Shown here piece after piece: positions 27,098-37,707 of a DNA stretch of 64,000 bases. Each line of letters begins with the position of its first letter. Position 1 is the stretch's first letter. The notes beneath the pieces are model-generated. The model was given only the letters and a program-made list of their open reading frames with translations. It did not search any database and was not told where the DNA came from. A program made the translations under genes and the position numbers. Origin of the DNA: an uncultured Ignavibacteria bacterium (GTDB taxonomy: Bacteria > Zixibacteria > MSB-5A5 > WJJR01); contig CAYJMP010000001.1 of assembly GCA_964371625.1 (NCBI GenBank), positions 398,673-462,672 on the forward strand, given 5' to 3'.

Positions 27098-28969
27098 TTA
27101 TGGGCACGGCTGGCAGAATTCGGCTGCCGGGCTCGCATTGCGAAAAGCGACATTGACCGTTTTAACCACGTCGATGATATCAGTCGAAGATGTGCAGTCC
27201 ACGTCGGTTGTCTCATGATCACAATTGACGTTGGGATCGGGGATCGCCGCAAGAGCTCGAAACGCAACGTTGATTACCTGCACAACATCGACGATGTCGC
27301 GAAAGCCGTCGCAGGCGCCGGGATCGGCGTGGCAGTCACAGACGCACTGGCAGGCGTCGCCTATGCCATCGTTGTCGGCGTCGGCCTGATCGGGATTGGC
27401 AAGTGCCGGGCAATTATCGAAGCAGGAGATTCCGTCGCCATCCGGATCGGCGCACACCTCGACAATGGTCAGCGTCTGATTGACCGGGACATTGGCGCTG
27501 TCGGTTACCGACCCCGATGGCCACTCGACACGGAACGAGTCAATCACGGTCGCATCGCCCAGCCCGAAATGAACGATCAGACTGTTGTGACAGAGAAAAC
27601 TGTTCTGGGTTTGGATCTCACGGTGCTGGCGCGTGGCGATTCCATTGATTGTAGCCCACAGCCAGATTGTCGCTCCGATCGCGGCGCCGTTGCTCTGCTG
27701 ACCGACGCACTTGATCTTCAACCAGTTCAGTAAACCATCGGTGTCGTTGCGGAGAAGATAGCGACGCGATGCGCCGACACCCGCAACGAAGAGGTCGAGG
27801 TCGCCATCCTCGTCCATGTCCCCTGCCGTCGCGCCATAACTCGACGTGGGCTCTCCATTGACTTCGAAGAGCGTCAGGGATGTGAACGTCCCATCACCAT
27901 TATTATGGTAGTAGCTGTTTCGGGCATTGTTGTCGTTTGTCACAAAGCAGTCACGATCGCCGTCGTTGTCAAAGTCCTCCCAGATATTGGCCAATGAAAT
28001 GAAGGCATCGGTGGCGATGGCCCCGGTCGTGATCTGCGTGTAGACGCCGCCGTCATTGCGATAGAGATCATTGGGACGGATCCCGGGACTGGCGCCACCC
28101 CAGTTGGTGCGATAGGCGTCCAGATCGCCGTCGTTGTCGTAATCGACCCAGTTCCAAACCTGTCCATCGGCGACGTCGGTTGCGATGGGCGCGGTCGTAA
28201 TCTTGGTGAACCCTGCAGTCCCGCTCTCAATCAAGTGATTGTGATAGAGAAAGTCAGGAGCCGGAGACGGCGATGCCGGCCCACTGCCGATGAACAAATC
28301 GATATCGCCGTCCAGGTCATAGTCGGACCAATTCAAACTCGTGAACGGTTCGAATTCCGAGACGACCGCGCCTGTGTCGACACGCGTGAATGTGTAGTTG
28401 GGCGGGCCATCGTTATGAAACATCTGATTCTTGCTCCCCGGCGCCGGTACAAACCCGGTCGGGAAGGCGATGATGAGATCAATGTTCCCGTCGTTATCGT
28501 AGTCTCCCCATCCCGGACTCCAGCCGCGCGTGTCGGTTGTGCCGATGTCGGGAACGGTCACCTTCGTGAACCACGGCGGCGCACCGTTGTTGCGATAAAG
28601 ACCTGAAGTATTGCCGGCAATGAAGCAATCAAGATCACCGTCGTTGTCATAGTCGCCCCAGGCAACTCCGCGAAACAATCCCGGGTCCGAAGAGATGGCG
28701 CCGGCGTCGACCGCCGTCAGACGCGTGAATGCCCCGCCGCCATCATTGTGGTAGAGGAAGTTGGCGTTTTGATTCACGACTAACAGGTCCTCGCGACCGT
28801 CGCCGTCATAGTCTCCCCAGGCACACCCGGTGTAGGCAGTGATGGTCGAGTCAGTAGCGACGGGGTTGCCGAGATCGGTGATCCGCGTAAAGCCCTGCGC
28901 CCATGTTGACGTGGGCGCACTCAGCGCTGTCATGATGACGAGCGCCGCTGTCAGGTTGAACAGTTGCAT
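27098..28969 (-). CDS. FG-GAP repeat (integrin-alpha/CRTAC1-like) secreted protein with TSP type-3 and dockerin-like C-terminus
   Basis: Repeated WGDYDNDGDLD/WVDYDNDGDLD beta-propeller blades. C-terminal DPDGDGISCFDNCPALANPDQADADNDGIGD. Confidence 0.75.
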   Translation of the reverse strand: MQLFNLTAALVIMTALSAPTSTWAQGFTRITDLGNPVATDSTITAYTGCAWGDYDGDGREDLLVVNQNANFLYHNDGGGAFTRLTAVDAGAISSDPGLFRGVAWGDYDNDGDLDCFIAGNTSGLYRNNGAPPWFTKVTVPDIGTTDTRGWSPGWGDYDNDGNIDLIIAFPTGFVPAPGSKNQMFHNDGPPNYTFTRVDTGAVVSEFEPFTSLNWSDYDLDGDIDLFIGSGPASPSPAPDFLYHNHLIESGTAGFTKITTAPIATDVADGQVWNWVDYDNDGDLDAYRTNWGGASPGIRPNDLYRNDGGVYTQITTGAIATDAFISLANIWEDFDNDGDRDCFVTNDNNARNSYYHNNGDGTFTSLTLFEVNGEPTSSYGATAGDMDEDGDLDLFVAGVGASRRYLLRNDTDGLLNWLKIKCVGQQSNGAAIGATIWLWATINGIATRQHREIQTQNSFLCHNSLIVHFGLGDATVIDSFRVEWPSGSVTDSANVPVNQTLTIVEVCADPDGDGISCFDNCPALANPDQADADNDGIGDACQCVCDCHADPGACDGFRDIVDVVQVINVAFRALAAIPDPNVNCDHETTDVDCTSSTDIIDVVKTVNVAFRNASPAAEFCQPCP

Positions 28970-29210
28970 GGATTGGCTCCTACCGAATGATGTAACTGTG
29001 TGTGTTTTACGGAGAGAACTCCGCTCGCTGTACCGTTTGGATTACGAGTGAGCGGGTCCTCCATTCCCGGCTGTTCAGCCAGTGCGCGAATGGTGCAGCC
29101 AACGGTCGGATTGCGTATGCCAACGGCAACGCGGGGTTGGTATTTCAGTTCAAAATGAACCCGGCCCCATCGAGAATGGGGATCGTGCGTATATTGCAAA
29201 GTGAGGAACG

Positions 29211-30365
29211 ATGGCGCGGGCATTCTTTCACAGTGAGACAATGGCTTTGCTGCGCGAGCTATTGCGCGGACGTGTGCTGCGGTGGCTCGTGCTGGTCGTG
29301 TTTTGGCTTGCGATCGGCGTACTGTCCGCTCTGCATTGGCAGCTTTTCTTTACCGGGCAAGACCCGTACAGCCTGTGGGAGCTATATCGCATTAAAATTG
29401 CCCTCTGGTATGTCTGGGGTCTGTTGACGCCAATCATCCTGTGGCTGGGATGGCGCTACCCGGTGGGTGGAGCACGGACACTCCGACATTTGCTGCTTCT
29501 TCTCCCCATCAGTGTCGTCTTCACAGTTGCTTATCTGGCAATCTACTCCGCGCTGCTCATCGTCAATGTTCCCGACGCGCCAGGCGTGTTTCAATCCCAT
29601 CGGGCGATGTTCCTCTGGACAATCGGGGCTCATTCGACGTGGTACTTTCTTGCCTTCTGGGCGACGATCGGCGTCGAACATACGGTGGCATTCTACCGCC
29701 GTTACCATGAACGGCAGTTGGCGGCTTCACGGCTGGAAGCGCAGTTGGCGGACGCGCAATTGAGCGTGCTGCGCAGTCAGCTCCAGCCGCATTTTCTCTT
29801 CAATACGCTTCATTCGATCATGGCCCTCATCAACAAGAGCGACACAAAGGCGGCAAAGGAAATGCTTGCCGGACTGTCCGATCTCCTGCGTCACGCCCTT
29901 GACCATGTTCATCGGCATGAGGTCTTGCTTCGGGAGGAACTGAATCTCGTCCGCCAGTACATCGCAATTGAACAGGTGCGGTTTGCGGATAGATTGACAG
30001 TAGAGTGGCACGTGGATCAAGAAGCCGAATCTGCTTATGTGCCGCCTTTCATTCTACAGCCGTTGGCTGAGAATGCCATCCGACACGGCATTGAGAAGCA
30101 ACCCGGCGCGGGTTTTCTGACAGTGCAATGCCGGCGCGAAACCGGAAGGCTGTTGCTCTCGTTTCGAGACAACGGACTCGGCTTCCCTCCCGCCGCAAAC
30201 GAGCCAAGGAGAAACGGTCATGGCCTTGGCGACATGAGGGCGCGGCTAGATGTGCTTTACCCAGCAAACTATTCGCTGGACATGGATCGGGCAGCGGAAG
30301 GTGGCACAGTCGTGCGACTTTCAATCCCCTACAACCTGGAACCCGCTCTCCGGCCAACCGAATGA
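29211..30365 (+). CDS. sensor histidine kinase, LytS/YehU family
   Basis: Multiple N-terminal TM helices. LQPHFLFNTLHSI is a His_kinase (LytS-type) H-box. HATPase GxG region. Confidence 0.8.
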   Translation: MARAFFHSETMALLRELLRGRVLRWLVLVVFWLAIGVLSALHWQLFFTGQDPYSLWELYRIKIALWYVWGLLTPIILWLGWRYPVGGARTLRHLLLLLPISVVFTVAYLAIYSALLIVNVPDAPGVFQSHRAMFLWTIGAHSTWYFLAFWATIGVEHTVAFYRRYHERQLAASRLEAQLADAQLSVLRSQLQPHFLFNTLHSIMALINKSDTKAAKEMLAGLSDLLRHALDHVHRHEVLLREELNLVRQYIAIEQVRFADRLTVEWHVDQEAESAYVPPFILQPLAENAIRHGIEKQPGAGFLTVQCRRETGRLLLSFRDNGLGFPPAANEPRRNGHGLGDMRARLDVLYPANYSLDMDRAAEGGTVVRLSIPYNLEPALRPTE

Positions 30366-31156
30366 ACCGTATCCGCATCGTCATTTGCGACGACGAACCC
30401 TTGGCGCTCGAATATCTACGCACTCTGCTCGAGTCCGAGCCGGATTGCGACTTGGTCGCTCAATGCAAAGACGTCGACGAGGCAATTCTCGCCATTGAGA
30501 CGCAGGCCCCCGATCTGGTGTTCCTAGACATCCAGATGCCCGGGCAAAGCGGACTGGAGATCATCGAAGAAATCGGACTCGAGGATATGCCCTACACGGT
30601 CTTCGTAACCGCGCATGACCGCTATGCGATTCCGGCGTTCGAGCGACAGGCGCTCGACTACCTGCTCAAGCCATTCACAGAAGACCGATTCCGTCAGACG
30701 ATGCGCCGCATGCGGGAGCAATTAACTTTGCGGCGGGATGCACAATGGGCAGTCAGGCTCCGTGCTGTCCTCGTCGACACGACTCCGCCCGCAGAGATTG
30801 TCACTGCAGAATCGAAGAGCATCGTCGACATCATTCCCGTGCGGTTGGGCGGTCGTACCGTACTGCTGCGGACATCCGAGATTGAGTGGATAGAAGCCGC
30901 CGACTGTTACGTCAACCTGCGCAGAGGGAAAGAGCGCTTCCTGCATCGGGAAGCCATGCAGTCCTTGGAAGCGCGTCTTGATCCGCAGAAGTTCATCCGC
31001 GTACATCGAGGCGCGATGATTAACGTGGATTATGCCCGGGAATTGCGCACAGAGGCGAGCGGCGCCGTTTCAATTATCATGAAAGATGGCACATCGCTGC
31101 CTCTCAGTCGGCGACGGAAGCGGGACGTTGAGCGACTCCTCGGGGGGACGAGTTAG
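30362..31156 (+). CDS. LytTR family two-component response regulator
   Basis: ATGA overlap with the kinase. REC domain (DDEPLALEYL...FLDIQMPGQSG) plus LytTR DNA-binding domain. Confidence 0.85.
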   Translation: MNRIRIVICDDEPLALEYLRTLLESEPDCDLVAQCKDVDEAILAIETQAPDLVFLDIQMPGQSGLEIIEEIGLEDMPYTVFVTAHDRYAIPAFERQALDYLLKPFTEDRFRQTMRRMREQLTLRRDAQWAVRLRAVLVDTTPPAEIVTAESKSIVDIIPVRLGGRTVLLRTSEIEWIEAADCYVNLRRGKERFLHREAMQSLEARLDPQKFIRVHRGAMINVDYARELRTEASGAVSIIMKDGTSLPLSRRRKRDVERLLGGTS

Positions 31157-32367
31157 AAAGCCGATGAGTGTAATGCCGAGTGCGCGCTCTTGTACGCCCG
31201 CTTAAGCAGCGCCTGAAAGTGATAGACCCCTTCCTCGCACTCAACTGAGAACCGTCCCCGGTCGTATGCGCGTGAGGCCAAGCCGCGCTGAACGTGCTCG
31301 CAGATCTCGACGTCTTCGATCTGGATCTTGTGCGCGTACTCGATATCGGCTTCGGCGCGCTGTTTCGACTCGGTCGAGGCGATGTCATCATAGAAATAGT
31401 CGAAGACTACCTGGCAGCGATCGACGGCGACGGGGATCACGCGGTTGGTCTGCAGGCGTCCCGGAATGATATTGAGCATAAAGTTTGGCCAGATGAAGTA
31501 GTAATACGCTTCTCCCCCGTTTGCGCCATAGAGATTGTCCCCGGACTGAAAAGGACTGTACTGAAGTGAGTGAAACTTCGAAGTCTCGGTCGCGTACTTC
31601 TGCAAGTCGAGGAGATTACATAGCTCCGGATGCACGTGAGGAAGGTGATACCCTTCGAGATAGTTATCGACATACGCCTTCCAATTGCACCGTACTTCAT
31701 AAGAGACGCGCTTGTAGAAGTGCATGTTCGCAAGCAAGCTGATCCCGCCCCGCAGGATTCGCCCGCTGATTCCATCCACGAAATCACTCAAGGCCGCCTC
31801 AGTATCGCTTAGTCGCACCCAGACAATGTCCTCCCAGGCGGCCACAGGCAATGGGACAAGACCATAGTCCTTTTTATCAAAGAGGTCGACACGGTCCCAG
31901 CGTGGTACACCGCGCAATGAGCCGTCCAAGTGGTAGGTCCAGCCGTGGTACTTGCATTGGAGCATCTTGCAGTTGCCATCCTGGGTCATGAGCGGTCCCC
32001 CGCGATGGCGGCAGACATTATAGAAGGCGCGCAATTGTACATCCTTGTCGCGGACCACGAGCACGGGATTGTCAGCGATGGTCGCGGTGATGCAATCGCC
32101 GGCTCCCCGCAATTGCGACAAGTGCCCGATCGCCTGCCAATTCCGCGCGAAGATATATTCCTGGTCAAATTCGTGGTAGCCGGGAAACGTGTACCAACTT
32201 GAGGGAACAGTCTGCTCCGCGGAAATCGGACGCGAACTGAAATGCTCCGGTGAGAAATCAGGCAATGTGTCGAAACGTGGCGAACGAGGTCTCATTGCGG
32301 GAATGTAGCCTTCGTTTATCGTGATTTCAATGGCGAGAGAAAAGGCGCTGCGGGGTTCCGGGGCCAT
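31153..32367 (-). CDS. Rieske [2Fe-2S] aromatic-ring-hydroxylating oxygenase alpha-subunit-like protein
   Basis: CRHRGGPL...CKYHGWTY is a Rieske CxH...CxxH motif. Mononuclear-iron catalytic domain downstream. Confidence 0.8.
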   Translation of the reverse strand: MAPEPRSAFSLAIEITINEGYIPAMRPRSPRFDTLPDFSPEHFSSRPISAEQTVPSSWYTFPGYHEFDQEYIFARNWQAIGHLSQLRGAGDCITATIADNPVLVVRDKDVQLRAFYNVCRHRGGPLMTQDGNCKMLQCKYHGWTYHLDGSLRGVPRWDRVDLFDKKDYGLVPLPVAAWEDIVWVRLSDTEAALSDFVDGISGRILRGGISLLANMHFYKRVSYEVRCNWKAYVDNYLEGYHLPHVHPELCNLLDLQKYATETSKFHSLQYSPFQSGDNLYGANGGEAYYYFIWPNFMLNIIPGRLQTNRVIPVAVDRCQVVFDYFYDDIASTESKQRAEADIEYAHKIQIEDVEICEHVQRGLASRAYDRGRFSVECEEGVYHFQALLKRAYKSAHSALHSSAF

Positions 32368-32499
32368 CCCGGAACGACTTGTCCCACGTGAATGGCATGG
32401 CCTTTTCAGGGGACTTCACGGTCCCAAGTGCGTACAATTAAGGAAATCGCGTCAGGGTATTTCTGGAAGCATTGTGCCCCAATCCAAAGGAGGAGCGGT

Positions 32500-33180
32500 A
32501 TGTCGCGCAAAATGTATTCGCCGATTGTCTTAACGCTCTTGATCGTCACGGCACTCGCCGGATGCTCGAAGGAAAGCGCCGACAGCGCGCAGTCAGGCGC
32601 GAGCGGTGCGAAACCCGACAATTCGGGGTCCACGGCTCGTGCAAGGGTTCAGAACGTCTCAATCCCATCGGGAACAACAATGGTCGTGGCACTGGATGAA
32701 CGGCTGAGCACCGAAACCCATCATTCCGGTGATCGGTTCAGAGCCCGCACGACGAATGCGATTGTTATCGACCGAGCGACCGTCCTGCCGGCCGGGTCGA
32801 CAGTCAACGGCCACCTGACGAATGTCGAAGAACCGCATCGGACGTCCGGCAAAGCGCAAATGACCCTGGCCTTTGACGAGATCGTCGATGCCAACGGCAA
32901 GACACATTCGATTTCAGCGGGACCGATCGTCCTCGAAGGCAAAGGCGACGCGATCAGCGATGAAGAAAAAGTTGCTGGCGGCGCCGTGATCGGCGGCATC
33001 ATTGGCGCGCTTAGCAGCAAGGACAAAGCCAAGGGCGCGGCCGTCGGCGCTGCGGCCGGCGCCGCAGCAGGCGGTGCGGTGGCCTTGGCGACCAAGGGTG
33101 GGCAACTTGAGCTTCCCGCAGGCCAGCAGTTCCAAGTCGAGCTGACAAAGTCGCTCGAAATGCAGGTCGCTACTCGTTAA
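32500..33180 (+). CDS. lipoprotein with C-terminal glycine-zipper (paralog A)
   Basis: AAAGGAGGAG RBS. Lipobox LAGC. GGAVIGGIIGALSSKDKAKGAAVGAAAGAAAGGAVALA is a glycine zipper. Confidence 0.7.
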   Translation: MSRKMYSPIVLTLLIVTALAGCSKESADSAQSGASGAKPDNSGSTARARVQNVSIPSGTTMVVALDERLSTETHHSGDRFRARTTNAIVIDRATVLPAGSTVNGHLTNVEEPHRTSGKAQMTLAFDEIVDANGKTHSISAGPIVLEGKGDAISDEEKVAGGAVIGGIIGALSSKDKAKGAAVGAAAGAAAGGAVALATKGGQLELPAGQQFQVELTKSLEMQVATR

Positions 33181-33308
33181 GCTAAGTTGTCACTCGCCGT
33201 CCCTGAAAATCAACAGGGCCCCACAGGTCATTGAGGGGCCCTGTTGCTATTCGCCCTACCGAGCAGCACCGTGAGGCTCAAATGAAGCCACGCTGCCCGG
33301 TGAAAAAA

Positions 33309-33677
33309 TCACTCAGGTACGATGAACACCGAGTTCTCGACGCCATAGCGGTTCACGGTCTTGTTCGGATTTGCGGGGTCGGTCCCCCAAACACCATCGA
33401 TCATGACACGGTACTCGTACTCCCCCGGCGACAAACGTTGTGCGATGCCCCATACCCCGGTTGTGTCGCGGTACATTCGCACGGGTCGCCAACTGGTAAA
33501 TGTACCTGCAATGGCGACCGCTTCGGCGGCGGGAGAGTCGCAGACGAATGTCACGAGCCGCTCACTGAGAGGTTCGGCCCGATGTGTCTGGAGCGCGGCC
33601 CGATCGCTCATCATCAGAGCCGCTGTCCGCGCTTCGATTCCCGCAACCGCGGGGATGGATGACCCAAGATCCGCCAT
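33309..33677 (-). CDS. CBM48 glycogen-binding domain protein (small, standalone)
   Basis: AIAGTFTSWRPVRMYRDTTGVWGIAQRLSPGEYEYRVMIDGVWGTDPANP is paralogous to the C-terminal domain of 26549..27019. Confidence 0.65.
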   Translation of the reverse strand: MADLGSSIPAVAGIEARTAALMMSDRAALQTHRAEPLSERLVTFVCDSPAAEAVAIAGTFTSWRPVRMYRDTTGVWGIAQRLSPGEYEYRVMIDGVWGTDPANPNKTVNRYGVENSVFIVPE

Positions 33678-34586
33678 CTTCCGATCCTTTCCCTTGGCGT
33701 GTTGCCTTACTAATCGGTCGATTGACAATCCGCGGAGGCGATGACTTTTGAAGAGGTAATCGGCGGACGACGAGAGGTAGACCCAAAAAGCGAGCGCGCT
33801 GAACTGCGAACTCAGACTTTATACGTGGGACCGACGGTTCTCGGTTCAGTTTCTCATCTTATCGCTCAGAAATTCGCAGCGACCGGCGTTAGGGTTGATT
33901 GCGTGAACATCCGCTGTTCCCGTATTGGACATCAGGATCTGGCCGGGTCCGGAAGCTCACCGTTAAAGCACTGCATGAATTCAGCGCTGCAATCGCCGAG
34001 AAGTGTTAGGGCAAAGCTGATCCATTAAAGCATATCTTCAACATGCACGGAACGAACACGCCGCGCGTCCCACCCCGCAGCTTTCGCAGGAACCGCGAGC
34101 GCTAGCGAAAGCCATGCCAACTGCTCAGCAACGATCTCGCCTGTCGTCTGTCAGGACCGGCGCGGTTCCTAGAGGTTGGAACAGGATGAACACAATCCTG
34201 TTTTTGCCCACACACTTAACCTTCCCATATTAATGCTGAAATTGAAATCGGCAATCACGGCGCATTGAGCCAATTCGGTGTGACTAATTGCCCGATCGGC
34301 GGCGCCGCAAATTTTGCGGACAATTTGGAGTATTCTTGGATCTTTTGCGGGAACACCGCTGTACACCGTCTTGATTAATGCGGGCGCAGGTCCGGTCCGC
34401 AATGCTCGAATTCCCGAGTGGGTGGCATACTCACATGCTGAAGTTGATCGTGCGGTTACCCCTCTGAAGTGCTGGCAGTTCGTCTCGAACATCGCACTTA
34501 CAACAGAAGAGATGAAGCCGTGAGTCACGTGGATCATTGCTTTAGGAGATCACGGGACCTGATCACCCTACCCAGAGGAGGAAGCC

Positions 34587-34901
34587 GTGCAGATCACAGA
34601 AGTGCGGGTCAGCCTGCGCGAAGAAGAGAAGCTCAAGGCCTTCGCCAATGTCACGTTCGATGGTGCGTTCGTCGTCCGGGGACTTAAGGTCATCTTTGGC
34701 GACAATGGGTTCTTTATTTCCATGCCGTCCCGCAAACGTGTCGACGGCACGCATCAGGATGTGTGCCATCCGATCAATACTCAGATGCGGGAGTTGCTGG
34801 AGAATGCCGTCCTCGAGGCCTATGCCGCGGCGCTGAAACTCACGGGCAATGGGTCGGGGCAGTTGGGGACGTCGATGGAGTCGTCCTCGTATGCGGCTTG
34901 A
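34587..34901 (+). CDS. spoVG: septation protein SpoVG
   Basis: MQITEVRVSLREEEKLKAFANVTFDGAFVVRGLKVIFGDNGFFISMPSRKRVDGTHQDVCHPIN is canonical SpoVG. GGAGGA RBS then GTG start. Confidence 0.85.
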   Translation: MQITEVRVSLREEEKLKAFANVTFDGAFVVRGLKVIFGDNGFFISMPSRKRVDGTHQDVCHPINTQMRELLENAVLEAYAAALKLTGNGSGQLGTSMESSSYAA

Positions 34902-35258
34902 ACTCCGGGGAAGCAACCTGGATGTCGTTGTAGTACGAGAATGCGCGGCCGCCAAATGGCGGTCGCCTACAGAATATCAAGTGTCACGTCATGCACGCGC
35001 GACGGACTTGACTACGGCCGTCACGTTGGGGCGTGACGACCGCAGATGACGGACGATCGGCTTGGCTGCCGCCGAAGCTAATCCAAAAAGACGAAGGCGA
35101 GTTCATTGGCACGGACTCGCCTTCTGACTTTGCCCGCGCCGATATCATCATCTCAACAGAATTCTTCACGGGGCGGAAACAGTTGAACGGGAGTTCGAGA
35201 TCGACGTTGTCCCATTTCGCGTGTAGAAAGCAATAACACAACGGAAAGGGGGCAGTCG

Positions 35259-35864
35259 ATGCCAAACCTACTCCCGCGCACAGCGCGCACAGCGGCCGTT
35301 GCCGCGTGTGCATGCCTCGCATTGGCGAGTTGCCAACCCAGGTCAAAGTCTCAGCCGGAGGTCAAGATACCTTCCGGCACCACCATCACCGTAGCGCTGG
35401 ATCAGCCATTGCGCACGACATCGAATGCGGTGGGGGACGAGTTCATCTCCCGCACCACGGAGCCGATTGTCATCAGCGGGATGACCGCCCTCCCGGCGGG
35501 CGCCCCAGTTCGCGGTAAGATCGTCGACGTCGAGAAACCCGACGACTACGGCGGCAAACCAAGAATGACGCTCGCCTTCGAGGAGATCATCGATGCGTCG
35601 GGCGACGACAAAGATCTGAACGCCGCGCCCATCGCACTCATCGGCGGAGACGAGAAGGGCCAGTCCGTCATCGACGATGTGATCCGTGCGATTAAGGGCC
35701 CGGGCGAACTGATCGGAGGCGACGGCGGCATCCATGACGATAGCGCTGTAGCGGTTCCAACCGAAGACTATCATCTCGCGCTCGACGCCGGGCAAAGGTT
35801 CGCCATTCAACTTGAAAGTGATCTCGAAGTTGCCCTGGTCGCCCCCAACGAGCCGCCGCGTTAA
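35259..35864 (+). CDS. lipoprotein paralog B (shares N-domain with 32500 and 39846 lipoproteins, lacks glycine zipper)
   Basis: Lipobox LALASC. IPSGTTITVALDQPLRTTSNAVGDEF...PAGAPVRGKI...MTLAFEEIIDASG aligns with paralogs A and C. Confidence 0.65.
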   Translation: MPNLLPRTARTAAVAACACLALASCQPRSKSQPEVKIPSGTTITVALDQPLRTTSNAVGDEFISRTTEPIVISGMTALPAGAPVRGKIVDVEKPDDYGGKPRMTLAFEEIIDASGDDKDLNAAPIALIGGDEKGQSVIDDVIRAIKGPGELIGGDGGIHDDSAVAVPTEDYHLALDAGQRFAIQLESDLEVALVAPNEPPR

Positions 35865-35939
35865 TCGGCGGATGCGGCCCCGTGATCCTTGCTCGACAAC
35901 ACACTTCGCACTTGGGATAGGGCGGGCCGGTGTCTCGCC

Positions 35940-36380
35940 CTATCCCCTGTCGGGACTGGCGGCATGGTCCGCCTCCACCGATGTCTTCGCGCCAGGTGAG
36001 AGTTTGTCCGCCGTTTGTGCGAGATGGCGGAAACGCTGGTACAGATGCTCCAACTCATGCTCCGAGAGATCTTCTATGTCGATCAACCGGTTTGACGCTC
36101 CCTCAACGGCCGCGATCAGCTCGTTCAGCTTCAGTTGAAGCGCGCGGGTATCCTTATTCTGAGTATGCTGAATGAGAAAGACCATCAAGAAGGTGATGAT
36201 GGTCGTCCCGGTGTTGACCACCAGTTGCCACGTGTCCGAAAAGCCGAAGATCGGTCCAGTCAGAAGCCAGAGGACGATGGTCCCAATCGCCAGGAAGAAC
36301 GCCCAGACATTACCGGCCCCGACCACGGCCCGTGAGGCCACCGCCTCAAAACTGTCCTCGATTTTTTCGTTCAGCCTCAT
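35940..36380 (-). CDS. low-affinity iron permease family membrane protein
   Basis: WAFFLAIGTIVLWLLTGPIFGFSDTWQLVVNTGTTIITFLMVFLIQHTQNKD matches the PF04120-like signature. Confidence 0.65.
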   Translation of the reverse strand: MRLNEKIEDSFEAVASRAVVGAGNVWAFFLAIGTIVLWLLTGPIFGFSDTWQLVVNTGTTIITFLMVFLIQHTQNKDTRALQLKLNELIAAVEGASNRLIDIEDLSEHELEHLYQRFRHLAQTADKLSPGAKTSVEADHAASPDRG

Positions 36381-36608
36381 CGCAATTTCTCCCCTCAGAC
36401 GCTGGTGAGCGCCTCGGCCATGATGGCGCGAATGTGCCTACGGCTCAGCCCCGTGATCGTCTTACCGGATGCCCCATCAAAAGATCCTGATCGCTTTGGC
36501 ATAAGTGCATGATCTGGCTGCTGGGAATCATGCACATCGAATTGAAGTGATGTGGAATGGGACGATGCCAGGCAAGGGTAGTATAAACAGGAAAGACCGG
36601 GAGGCAGT

Positions 36609-36977
36609 ATGTGGCATACGGAAATCGATACGGCCATGCAACAATGCATCGCGCATTGCCAGTCGTGCGCGGCGGTTTGCACAGAGACATCGCAACACTG
36701 TCTGCGGAAGGGAGGCCAGCATGCGGCCTTGGATCGAATCGCATTAATGCAACTCTGCGCCGGGATTTGCGACTTGGCCGCGAAATCTATGCAGCTTGGC
36801 GCGCGCTCCCACCATGCGTTCTGCCGGCTCTGTTCGTCGATCTGCGATGACTGCGCCAGCGATTGCGAGTCAATGGGGGCCGATGACTTGATGCTCGACT
36901 GCGCGCGTGTCTGCCGCGAGTGTTCGGAATCGTGCGCGACAATGGCCGGCGCCGAATTGCGGGCCGTCGCGTCTTAA
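36609..36977 (+). CDS. cysteine-rich four-helix-bundle copper-binding protein (DUF326-like)
   Basis: Repeated CxxC / CxxxC spacing across about 120 aa (CIAHCQSCAAVC...CAGICDLAA...CRLCSSICDDCASDC...CARVCRECSESC). Confidence 0.65.
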   Translation: MWHTEIDTAMQQCIAHCQSCAAVCTETSQHCLRKGGQHAALDRIALMQLCAGICDLAAKSMQLGARSHHAFCRLCSSICDDCASDCESMGADDLMLDCARVCRECSESCATMAGAELRAVAS

Positions 36978-37032
36978 GTCCCTAGCTCACCTGGCTCAGA
37001 ATTGACCGACGCCCTGTCATCGGAGGTGTCTG

Positions 37033-37344
37033 ATGAGAATCAAGTCCTGGAACAGGCATCGAATTATCGTGCTCTGGTGTCTCTCGATCATCGCTGTCGT
37101 CATCTTCTGGTCGCTGGGAAGCGCTCTCTACGACCGGAACCCGGTGACCGGGTGGTGGGTTGCCGTCCTGAGTGCATGGCTGTTCTTGCCAGCGCTCGTG
37201 GTAAATTGGGCTTGGCTAAGCGCACAGGAGCAACAAGGCAATCGCCATCCTGCCAAGGCGGGCTTGCTCATGTTCGCGGCCCCCATGTTTGTCCTCTGGA
37301 TCGCCTTCGTGGCGAAATCAGTCGGGCAGGTTATGATCGAATAA
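37033..37344 (+). CDS. hypothetical membrane protein (3 TM)
   Basis: Hydrophobic segments. No recognised family. Confidence 0.5.
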   Translation: MRIKSWNRHRIIVLWCLSIIAVVIFWSLGSALYDRNPVTGWWVAVLSAWLFLPALVVNWAWLSAQEQQGNRHPAKAGLLMFAAPMFVLWIAFVAKSVGQVMIE

Positions 37345-37383
37345 CCGTCTTAGTAGGGACACACTGCAGACTCGAGGTGAATC

Positions 37384-37581
37384 ATGTATCAGGACAAGGA
37401 ACCGAACACACCGACTCCCCCGAATACTCCGCCCTTTCCGCCGCCGAACCCGCACCCGCCGCCACCTAACCCCTCGCCGCCGCCTAAGCCCGGAGTCCCG
37501 CCGGATCCTATCGCGCCGCCGGCACCATCCCGCATCGACCCTCCCGATCCGCGGCATAAAAAAGTCGCCCCGCCGACCTGA
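37384..37581 (+). CDS. proline-rich small protein (hypothetical)
   Basis: GAGGTGA RBS then ATG. Low-complexity PPxP repeats. Could be a spurious ORF in GC-rich DNA. Confidence 0.3.
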   Translation: MYQDKEPNTPTPPNTPPFPPPNPHPPPPNPSPPPKPGVPPDPIAPPAPSRIDPPDPRHKKVAPPT

Positions 37582-37707
37582 GGTAGAAGGAACTCATGCA
37601 ACTGGCCGGGGTGTAATAATGTGATAAGTGCCACTGATCTTCACCTCGCCAGACCAATTAGACAGAACCTACGGCATTACGAACGAATTCTCTCGAAGGG
37701 GGCAGGC

